A stretch of 59,049 nucleotides of DNA, filler included. It is 6 parts of 6 records of this genome, joined end to end, with 100 filler letters (N's around TTAATTAATTAA, not from the genome) between each part and the next. Parts side by side here need not be neighbours in the genome. Positions count along the whole stretch, not along the records: positions 1 to 5,675 come from SRR2962707_4639; positions 5,776 to 16,870 come from SRR2962707_4640; 4 more parts are not named here. The stretch is one strand, 5' to 3'. Shown one piece after another: positions 1-9,087 of this stretch (the first letter of the stretch is position 1; each line of letters starts with the position of its first letter). The notes beneath the pieces are model-generated. The model saw only the letters and a list, made by a program, of their open reading frames with translations, did not search any database and was not told the DNA's origin. The position numbers were made by a program, and so were the translations under genes.

Positions 1-56
1 CTCTCTCTCTGTCTCTCTCTGTCTCTCTCCACACACACTCTCTCTGTCTCTCCCCC
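1..56. repeat. CT/CA-rich microsatellite at contig start
   Basis: ctctctctctgtctctctctgtctctctccacacacactctctc... visible directly. Confidence 0.85.
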
Positions 57-255
57 CTCCCTCTTCACACAGTCATCGTGCCACAGCCTCGTCTTCTTCG
101 ACAAGCACAGCACTCTCTTGCGCCGTGTCAAACAACTTTTCATTTGTGTTGCATGGTTTTGTTTTCTTGTTGTTCGTTGTCTTCAATCAGTTGGTTTGTC
201 GAGCGGGCTGCTTTTGCTTTGTCGTTTGTTTCTGTGACGAGACGAGAGAGCCATC

Positions 256-3200
256 ATGAAGATCTCAGCCCCAGTTTTCCTCCTTGCGGCAGCGCTTCCC
301 TCGACGGCGTTGGGTGCGGTGAGCGTCAAAATCACCGACTCGAAAACTGCGGCGTTTTCTGTGCTGGTTGACGGAGCCGAGTGGCTCACGTCTGCGGACA
401 CTCGCTTCTTTGTGGACGGTGCCTGGCACAACGCCTCTGCTGGGTCTCTGACACTCACGAACTCCTCGACCGGTCACGGGTCGGATATTCACGGGGACTA
501 CGACGAGCAGTTGTTCAGCTGGACTGCAGGTTCTTCGACACCTATTGAAACGAAGATCCGAGTCTACAACGGGTTCGACAGCTTCGTGGTGTTCGAACAA
601 CACTTCCCGTCGGGCGCTTCCAACACGAGCGTTGGGGAACGCGACGAAGTCAACTCTGTGTTCCCGTCTTTCGAGCTGGGCGGCGGCAGCGAGTCCGCCA
701 AGGGCTACATGGTGTACCAAGAATGCATGATCGCTGACGCTCATATTGGTGCGTGGAGCAAAACACATGGTCCTTCAATCTTGAGATAAAAGCACCAACT
801 TGCTGCCAATGCGTGTCGTCAATAGCCAAGTGCATTATTTATGAGGCTTGAGTGTGTGTCAAAACCACGTGTAGGAAAATGGGACAATAAGTCAACGGGC
901 ATGACTGGTGGAATCATCGGTGGTCCAATTGGCGTGTTTGACGAGCACGGCAACACGACTATCGTATTGTCGCCATACTCGAAGTTCATGGCGTCATCCT
1001 ACGCAAGGCACGCCGACGAAAACACCCCGAACTCTATCGCTTATGGTGTGTGTAGAGCGCAACCTCTGCTTGAGTGCGCGTGCATGAGTACACTTGTGAC
1101 CCTGTACCTGGCTCTCGTGTGATGCGGCGCAGGAACCATTGGAACAATGGACCCAATTCCAGCAGGCTACTCGACGTCGTTCGTTGCGTATGTGGGGAAC
1201 CGTGGTGTGAACGCTGCATTTGAAGGGTGGGGCAACACCCTGCTTCAAACATACGGCAAAAGCCGCGCCGCTTTTGAAAGTGACTACGTTCTTAACTACC
1301 TCGGCTATGTGCGTCACTCGCCATGTTCAGCTTTCAATTCGTTACTTCTTACCCGCGTACATCCTCACTTCACGTTTCGTGCCCGTTGCCTGTGTATCAC
1401 TGGTTGCACACAACCTGTGCTCGGCCAATGCTCGATCGCTAGTCAACAGACAACGGAGGTTTGACCGTCTTTCCGTGTGCTTTCTTTGTCTTGTTGCTTC
1501 CAAGCTGATTTTTTTTTTATGTATGTATTTACTTTGTCGTTTGCCGTGCTCTTGCCGCTGAATGATTTTTCCGACTTGCTTTTGTGCTAGCCTACTACTA
1601 TTACCACACCGAAGGCTCAAAAGGACGGTGGACGAACGCTACGAATATGGAGCCCACACTACATGGGGTCAAGGCTTACGCCGATGCAGAGGGAATTCCG
1701 TACAAGTACATCTTGCTTGACTCATGGTGGTACCCAAAGAACACCGCAGAAGGCTCTGGTGGTGGCGTTATGACCTGGACAGCAATACCTGAGGTACGTT
1801 TGGCAAATGTATTTACTATTTTGTGATTGCCAGTGTCCGTGGATAGAAGTTAAAGCAAGTCAGCCTCGTTGAAGCCTCCGTTTTCTTTCATCTTGTTGGG
1901 TGTGCAATTTAATGTCTCAAAGGTGTTTCCGAGTGGGCTGCCTGCCCTATGGAAGTCGACTGGGTGGCCTGTCATGGGCCACAACCGCTTCTGGAGTCAC
2001 GAAACGCCCTACGCAAAGCAAAATGGTGGTGATTATGAATTCGAGATTGGCGACGGAGACGTCATGGTCCGACCACATGCTTTTGCATTCCCTCGAATAC
2101 TAGTCGTGCAGATATTCTGTCCTTCACGCACCATTTTTTTTTTTTTTTTGATGTGACTGCAGGCGATGCCACTGGAGCAGCGCTTTTGGGATGACCTTCT
2201 CCGCAACTCTTCAGAATGGGGGCTGGTGATGTACGAACAAGATTGGCTGTACAACGAGTTTGAAGGAGTCACGAAGGCAACAACAGACGTAAACTTGGCG
2301 CGCGACTGGCTTCTTCAGATGGGACGGGGTGCCGAGAATAACCACATGACGATTCAGTAAGTAATATGCCAATGGGTGTGCGCTGAGGATTCCAATGAGG
2401 TGCTGTGCCGAAGATGAATTGTACTCGTTGGTTGCCTGTGGTTTGGTGCAGGTACTGCATGCCCTATCCTCGCCATGTGATGCAGAGTGTTGAAATTCAG
2501 GCTGTCACGAACTTCCGGGCCTCTGGAGATTATTCCCAAGGCCGATCCGATCAGTGGAAGATTGGACAGAGCTCAATCGTTGCGCATGCTTTGTCGTTGG
2601 GTCCGAGTAAGGATAACTACTGGTCCATTGCAGCTCAGCCTGACAGTGATTGGGCAACATCCACTGAACCTCGTTCAGCACTGCAGAGTGCTGTGTCGAG
2701 CTACAGCACTGGCATGTCTCGCATTCACTGCATGACTGCCCGTCGTTTTTCTGGCTTCAGTTTGTTGTCCATGGTGCGTTGTAATTTTTTTCTACTGTTC
2801 GATGTTGCTTCTGTAGGTCCCGTGGCTCCCTCAGATCGAATCAAGTACAGTAATGCAAGCCTAATCAATCGTGCATGCACGCCGTCTGGACTGCTATTGA
2901 AACCTTCCAAACCGGCCACGGCCATTGACGCAACATTCCCTTTCCGAGCTGGGATATCGTCTCATGGTCCAGATGGCGAAGTGTGGAGCACTTTTACAGA
3001 GTTCCGTGGCTCAGGTTAGTTTTCGCTCTTTCAATCCTGTAGCGGACGAGCCTGTGCTTTGATCTTTCAACGCCTTCTCTTGGCATTAACGTGTCGATTT
3101 TTTTGCTCGTTTGCGTGGACCAATTTTGCAGGCCTCCACTTCGACCATATTTTGGTTCCGGAATTGGCATCAGATTTCAACGTCGCACCTCGTGACCTTG

Positions 3201-3922
3201 CAACTCCCCATCACCGCAGCAGCTTTCAGAAAATTGCCTACTCGCACCCGGCATCGTTTGACGCGAAAGATGTCGTTGTTCAGGCAACTTTCGACGAGGA
3301 GCATCCGCTGAAGCTTGCCAAGTGTGGTACGTTGAATATCGCGCTCCAGGCGGAAAAGTCGTAGCTTGACTATCGCAAGCACTCATCAAGATACGCAAAC
3401 ATGTTTGGTAGATCAACAATCCTTCGGGCTGTACCATTCAGCACCCATTCATGCTTTTGGCGATGGCTGGGCTGTTCTTGGTGAGATTGGCAAGTGGGTC
3501 CCGGTCTCAACGGATCGGATTCGCGACATCTCTGTTGAAGACGGTTCGTTGGATATGTTGGACTCTGCCGGTTGATTTGAATGTTTGAGTGTTGTCGAAC
3601 TCATAGCCATGCTGCTGCTCGTTCACGGTGTTGCACTGTTTACAATGCCACTATAGGCGAGTCCCTCGTTGTGGATGTGGTGGGCACGGCGAACGAAGAC
3701 GTTACATTCTCATTTTACAACGTCAAGCAAGCATCTGTACGTTTTTTTATTGCACCTCCAGGTGGATCGTGCTGTGTAATGAGGCACGTCACAAGACATG
3801 GCCTGTCCAGACCTCACGGTGTGTTTGATAACACCTTGCGTGACCAGGTTCACTCTGTCAAGTGCACGCTTGACGTCCTGGGCACCGCAACGTTCTCCAT
3901 GCCAGCTGGAACCTGCCAGTAA
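256..3922 (+). CDS. Eukaryotic secreted glycoside hydrolase-like protein (Sip1/raffinose-synthase, GH36-like motifs), 13 exons, about 778 aa
   Basis: Hand-spliced exons: 256-748, 875-1045, 1133-1308, 1443-1458, 1591-1793, 1923-2066, 2163-2356, 2452-2711, 2817-3014, 3132-3326, 3412-3543, 3657-3736, 3848-3922 (2337 nt, frame preserved). Signal peptide MKISAPVFLLAAALPSTALG; motifs LLDSWWY, YEQDW, IQYCM, RASGDY, STGPVAPSD. Confidence 0.8.
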
Positions 3923-4165
3923 AGTCTTTGGGACGAGAGTTGCTTACTGTGCATCAGGACATCGACGGGCAATGGCATCAGTCAAATTCGAGACGCCCGG
4001 CTGACTTTTTGTAAAATTACACGGAATCGGCACGGAGACTTTTTGAGATGTGTTTCTTTTTTGTGATCATACAACGTATGCAAATCACAAAGCACTAAAT
4101 GCTAAATCCTTTCTTAATTAAATAGCACTTTCCATATTTCGCGAACTCGCTGTCCTCACACAGAG

Positions 4166-5582
4166 TCAACGTGTGGACTTGCTCGCATTCTTTTTTCTGC
4201 GAGTTTTCTTGCGTTTCAAATGTCGCGGACCAAGTTCGGGCGTTGCAGTTGCAGAGTGAGTCGATGCAGCTTGTCCAAGGGCGGCTCTACCAGTGGCCAC
4301 CTGCAGATCGCGCCCATGAGACGCAAAAAGGCTCAAAAAGTCCTCACGCGTGAATCCGTTGAAGTATTTCCCCCCCTTCAACAAAGGGTTTTCGGCACCA
4401 GCAATGATGGACGGCACAACACGAGGACGCAACATGCCAAGATAGCTGCCACGACCCGAGCATGTAGCAGAGATGCACGCCAAGGGAACACACACCTTGG
4501 AATCTACCAAATAGCGAATTACACGCTCCTTTCCGAGCTGAATGGAAACAAGGCGAGCCTCATCACTAGCTTGCTTCGTCAGCACAGTTTCACCTTCAAA
4601 TTCCCAACGGTGTAAAAATTACGACGTGTGAAGGATGAATGTCATCAACAACACAACCCAATGGTAAGACAATCAGCTGACAATGGAACAACGAACCAAG
4701 TGGAACCACAATCGGGGTCCCAAAGTCCACCATTGTGTGTGGGGTCACATGCACAAGAGTGTGCGGACCAACAGGACGACCAATGGCGCCACGTGGGTCA
4801 AACAGCCGCACCTCGTGCACAAAGTGAGTCGAAAAAAATTGGCACGCTGCAACAAACAAGCCGCTGAGCAGAATTGGGACGGCTCTGGCCGAGTAAAGTG
4901 CTTCGACCTGAGCAGTAGCAACAATACACACATCCATGCCATGTAAGTTGTCCATAAAGCCGAATGCAACAGAAAACGCCCAGCCTTGGCTTGCTTGAAG
5001 ACCCAACATTTAACAACAGTGATGTTACACCACTTCCGCAAACAAAAAATCAAGCAGACGCATGAACGAACAAAGCACAATCCTGTTCAGCAGAATGAAC
5101 AGTGTTTTAAAACGCACCACAGGGTTGAGATCACCGGGATCGCCTGCTGCTGAAAAGTAGACCCAATAGGCAAGGCTGGACACCGCACTCAGGCTAGCTC
5201 CACGGAAGTAGTTGCGAAGGTCTGCTCGGTACACGAGTCCAGCAGTGTCGAAGGTGTCGAGTCCTTGAGAGTCACTCACTGGCGAGGATGGAGGAGAAAG
5301 AACAGCATCTTGCTGAGTAGATGCCTCTTCCTCCTCGTCGTCCTTACTCGACAACGTTGAGGCGTATCGGAATCCCGCACGGGGAAGCAGAGCAGGCCCA
5401 CGAGCGCCCGGCCTGCTGCAACAAAGCAATGGGTTTTGAAACGGTGGAGCTAAAAGTCGTCTAAGTTGGAGTGCGGGAGGGGAGGAGGAGGAGGAGGAAG
5501 AAGAAGCAGAGGAGAGCTGTCTCAACACGCGACCGACGGGGCGACTTGCCCCGGCTGCTTTTCTCAGAACGGAACGCAGCAT
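4166..5582 (-). CDS. Eukaryotic putative mitochondrial membrane protein, 4 exons, about 327 aa
   Basis: Exons 5582-5118, 4907-4697, 4593-4496, 4375-4166 (984 nt, GT-AG, in frame). Arg/Ser/Leu-rich transit-peptide-like N-terminus, two hydrophobic segments, basic C-terminal tail. Confidence 0.6.
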
Positions 5583-5649
5583 GTCTCGCTGTGCGCACAC
5601 CCAGCAGCGTGCGAAAACTTGAGAACAGTCAAGGCCAGGGTGTTTCCCG

Positions 5650-5675
5650 TTTGTTGTTGTTGTTGTTGTTGTTGT
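5650..5675. repeat. (TTG)n microsatellite at contig end
   Basis: ttgttgttg... runs into the N spacer. Confidence 0.9.
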
Positions 5676-5775
5676 NNNNNNNNNNNNNNNNNNNNNNNNN
5701 NNNNNNNNNNNNNNNNNNNTTAATTAATTAANNNNNNNNNNNNNNNNNNNNNNNNNNNNNNNNNNNNNNNNNNNN
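5676..5775. other. Artificial contig-joining spacer
   Basis: N-run + TTAATTAATTAA (stops in all six frames) + N-run, 100 nt. Confidence 0.97.
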
Positions 5776-5798
5776 CTAACCAACTGAGCTACAACCGC
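5776..5798 (-). tRNA. tRNA 5' fragment (probably tRNA-Asp), cut by contig edge
   Basis: Reverse complement GCGGTTGTAGCTCAGTTGGTTAG is an acceptor stem plus D-arm. The anticodon is not visible, so the isotype is inferred from recalled alphaproteobacterial tRNA-Asp 5' ends. Confidence 0.7.
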
Positions 5799-5963
5799 CC
5801 ACTGCACGCTTTGTCGTAAACTTCAAAGCGTTGGGTGGTCATAGGGTCTGGCCCTGCCCCCGTCAAGCGGGGTTTTAACCAGATATCGAGTTTTGGTGAA
5901 AATAATTTCATCGCCCCCGACAGCGCAGAAAAAAGCCCGCAGATTTCGCTGCGGGCCTTGGGA

Positions 5964-6323
5964 TCATTTTTCGGAATATGTGCTCCAGACCGGGTCACCC
6001 GGCGGCGGTGGCAATGCCTTTTTGCCGCGCAGACGGTGCATGTTTACCTTGGCGATGAAATTGCCCGAAATGGGGGCTGTGGCAAACAGGAACGCCATCA
6101 CCAGGATTTCATGCACGGACCCGTCAGACGTCGCGAACGAATAGACCACCGACGCCATAAGCAGCGCCCCTACCCCCAAGGTCGATGCCTTGGTCGGGCC
6201 GTGCAGGCGCGACATGCAGTTGTCGAGCTTGATCAACCCGATGGACCCCACCAGCGTAAAGAACGCGCCAATCACCAACAATGCGGCGATGATTACTTCG
6301 GTTATTATGCCAAGATCATTCAA
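5964..6323 (-). CDS. phaG: Mrp/Pha cation:H+ antiporter subunit G
   Basis: SRLHGPTKASTLG motif; last gene of the operon; probable TTG start overlapping phaF. Confidence 0.9.
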   Translation of the reverse strand: MNDLGIITEVIIAALLVIGAFFTLVGSIGLIKLDNCMSRLHGPTKASTLGVGALLMASVVYSFATSDGSVHEILVMAFLFATAPISGNFIAKVNMHRLRGKKALPPPPGDPVWSTYSEK

Positions 6324-6585
6324 TGATATCACCCCGCAAGACAAAGCGCGCGATGGCGACGGTGGACACAAAACCCAGCATCGCAATGATCATCGCGCTT
6401 TCAAAATAAACCTGTGTGCCAAGGCGCATGCCCAGCAGGATGATCATCGCGATTGCGTTGATCACCATGGTATCCAGCGCCAGAATGCGGTCCCCGGTCG
6501 AGGGGCCTTTGACAAGGCGCAGCATCGCAAGAAGTTGTGACAAGGCCACTGCCACAAAGGCAAAGTTCAAAGCCATCAGGATCAT
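6316..6585 (-). CDS. phaF: Mrp/Pha antiporter subunit F
   Basis: GPSTGDRILALD motif, ARFVLRGDIIE C-terminus. Confidence 0.93.
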   Translation of the reverse strand: MILMALNFAFVAVALSQLLAMLRLVKGPSTGDRILALDTMVINAIAMIILLGMRLGTQVYFESAMIIAMLGFVSTVAIARFVLRGDIIE

Positions 6586-7073
6586 TCGAAAATCTCCTTT
6601 AGTCGGCGCTCGTAGCGCTGTTTGATGTCGTCGCGCACCGCAGCGGGATCTTCGGCGTCCAGCGCATGAACCAGCAGGGCTGTGCCGTCTTCGGACAGGT
6701 CCGCGCTGACGGTGCCGGGGGTTAGCGTGATGGTGCCTGCCAGCATCGTAATCGCCTCGGGGGTGCGCAGATCAAGGGGGATGACCACCCATTGCGGGCG
6801 CATGTTCTTGTTGCTTTTGAACAGCACAATCATCGCCACCACGACATTGGCAACAAGGATATCCCACATCACCAGCAAAAGATAGGACAGCAGCTTGATC
6901 GGTCGGCCAACCGGCGGGCGGTCGGGCCAATAGGCGGCGGTGATAATCGGGATGAGCAGTCCAAGGATGATGCCAAACACCACGGTGCCCAGCTTGATCT
7001 CATTGACCAGCACGCACCAGACGATGGCCAGCAACACGGTCAACAGGGGATGCGGAAACAAACGTGCGCGCAT
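6582..7073 (-). CDS. phaE: Mrp/Pha antiporter subunit E
   Basis: ITLTPGTVS motif, IKQRYERRLKEIF. Confidence 0.93.
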   Translation of the reverse strand: MRARLFPHPLLTVLLAIVWCVLVNEIKLGTVVFGIILGLLIPIITAAYWPDRPPVGRPIKLLSYLLLVMWDILVANVVVAMIVLFKSNKNMRPQWVVIPLDLRTPEAITMLAGTITLTPGTVSADLSEDGTALLVHALDAEDPAAVRDDIKQRYERRLKEIFE

Positions 7074-7074
7074 A

Positions 7075-8733
7075 TCAGTGATCCTTTTTCCTGGCTGCGG
7101 GGGCTACGGCTTCGGCATCGTGGGCACCATCGTCGCCATGGCTGTCGGCACTGTGATCGCCGCTATGGTCATCGCCATGATGGTCCTTGACCTCTTTGCC
7201 CGGCGTGGTGAGCACCACGGCGATATAGGCCTCTGGATTGAACAGCTGTGCCGATGTTTCCGACAACACGCGGGTCACAGGCCCCGCGCCAACCGTCAGC
7301 GCCACAAGCAACGCCAGCAGGCCACCAATGGACACCATCGGTAGAACGGATGTCGGCTCGGGGTCAGGCTCGGGCTCTGCGGTTTCTTCGGGGGCGGTAT
7401 CCACGGGCTGGTGCGCTTTCCAGAATACAACGCTACCCGCTCGGGCAAATCCGACGACAGCAACCAGCGACCCGATCAGGATCGTGCCCCAGATCCACCA
7501 CATCAGATCAGAGGCCGTAGCCGCGTCCAAAATCAGCAGCTTGCCGATAAAACCGGACAGCGGCGGCAGCCCCGTCATGCCGATAGCCGCGACAAAGAAC
7601 ATGCCAGCCACCAATGCCCCGCCCACAATCGGGGGGGCCACATCAAAGCTGACGCCAGCAGCACCACGGCGCGACCGCAACACATCAACCAGCAAGAACA
7701 GCGCAGCGGCGGCAAAGGTTGAATGGATCGCGTAATACAGCGCAGCAGTGACACCCGTGGGCGTGAACACCGCCACCGCAGCAAGCAACATGCCCATCGA
7801 CCCGATCACCGAAAACGCGACCAGACGGTCGACGCTTTTGGCACCCAATACGCCCAACATGCCCAACGCCACCGTCAGCAACGCGGCCGGGATCAGCCAT
7901 AGATCAAACAGCCCTTGGGTGATTTCAAGATCGGGGGGGAACACCAGCGTGAACACGCGAATGATGCAATAGGCACCGACTTTGGTCATGATCGCAAACA
8001 GCGCCGCAACGGGTGCCGGTGCTTCGGAATAGCTGGCAGGCAACCAGAAATGCAGCGGCAGGATCGCGGCCTTGACCGCAAAGACCATCAGCAGCAACAC
8101 GGCGGCCACGCGGATACCCGCGCTATTGGCGGCGTCCAGCGTCGATACCCGCACCGCCAGATCGGCCATATTCAGCGTGCCTGTTTCGGCATAAAGCAAA
8201 CCAAGCGCGAACAGGAACAGGGTCGATCCCAGCAGGTTATACAGCACATATTGCGTCCCTGCCCGCAGCCGTTTCGGGCCACCCGCATGGATCATCAACC
8301 CGTAGGACGCTATCAACAGGACCTCGAAAAACACGAAAAGGTTAAAGATATCGCCGGTCAGGAAAGCCCCGATGATGCCCATAAGCTGGAATTGGAACAA
8401 TGGGTGGAAATGCTGCCCGCGTTCGTCCCAGCCCGACCCGATTGCATATAGCAACACAGGCAAGGCCAGCACACAGGTCAGCAGCACCATCAAGGTCGAC
8501 AGACGGTCGGCGACCAACACAATGCCGAAAGGCGCGGACCAATTACCCAACTGATACAAACTGACGGTACCGTCAGATGCCTGCCAGAACAGGCCAAGCG
8601 CCAGACCCAGCAACATCAGTGATCCCGCGACCGAGAACACCCGTTGGATCGTCAGGTGATACCGCGCCACCAGAACCAGCAGCGCCGCCAGCATCGCTGG
8701 CAACAAAATAGGAAGAACGAGCCAATGGGTCAT
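7075..8733 (-). CDS. phaD: Mrp/Pha antiporter subunit D
   Basis: FLTGDIFNLFVFFEVLLIASY, PLHFWLP, TKVGAY motifs; His-rich C-tail. Confidence 0.95.
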   Translation of the reverse strand: MTHWLVLPILLPAMLAALLVLVARYHLTIQRVFSVAGSLMLLGLALGLFWQASDGTVSLYQLGNWSAPFGIVLVADRLSTLMVLLTCVLALPVLLYAIGSGWDERGQHFHPLFQFQLMGIIGAFLTGDIFNLFVFFEVLLIASYGLMIHAGGPKRLRAGTQYVLYNLLGSTLFLFALGLLYAETGTLNMADLAVRVSTLDAANSAGIRVAAVLLLMVFAVKAAILPLHFWLPASYSEAPAPVAALFAIMTKVGAYCIIRVFTLVFPPDLEITQGLFDLWLIPAALLTVALGMLGVLGAKSVDRLVAFSVIGSMGMLLAAVAVFTPTGVTAALYYAIHSTFAAAALFLLVDVLRSRRGAAGVSFDVAPPIVGGALVAGMFFVAAIGMTGLPPLSGFIGKLLILDAATASDLMWWIWGTILIGSLVAVVGFARAGSVVFWKAHQPVDTAPEETAEPEPDPEPTSVLPMVSIGGLLALLVALTVGAGPVTRVLSETSAQLFNPEAYIAVVLTTPGKEVKDHHGDDHSGDHSADSHGDDGAHDAEAVAPAARKKDH

Positions 8734-9086
8734 GCCGCGCCCTCCCGTGTTTGGTCAGCATCGGCATTGGGATCGTTCACCAGATCATCATCCGAGCTGA
8801 GGTAAGACCCGACGGCGATCATCACGATCACAGCCGTCATCCCGAACGAGATCACAATCGCCGTGAGCACCAAGGCTTGGGGCAGCGGATCGGTGTAAAC
8901 TTCGACCCCGTCGCGCAATACGGGCGGCGCGTTCAACGCCAAACGCCCCGAGGCAAACAAAAACACGTTCACCGCATAGCTGAGCAACGACGTGCCGATG
9001 ATGACGGGAAAGGTACGCAAACGCAGGATCATATAGATGCCCGCAGCGGTCAGCGTGCCAATGGCTGTTGCAACAAGAAGCTCCAT
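8730..9086 (-). CDS. phaC: Mrp/Pha antiporter subunit C
   Basis: DPLPQALVLTAIVISFG motif. Confidence 0.95.
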   Translation of the reverse strand: MELLVATAIGTLTAAGIYMILRLRTFPVIIGTSLLSYAVNVFLFASGRLALNAPPVLRDGVEVYTDPLPQALVLTAIVISFGMTAVIVMIAVGSYLSSDDDLVNDPNADADQTREGAA

Positions 9087-9087
9087 A

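Noticed and set aside
841-3922. Many short + strand ORFs suggesting a fragmented pseudogene or an alternative genetic code
   Set aside because: Fully explained by spliceosomal introns that join into one open frame
5720-5731. TTAATTAATTAA recurring five times, resembling a biological repeat
   Set aside because: Always centred in a 100-nt N spacer; it is an artificial all-frame stop linker
5776-5798. tRNA fragments (also 50595-50627) as attachment sites of islands
   Set aside because: Both are 5' halves cut by contig ends; no integrase or duplicated 3' end is visible
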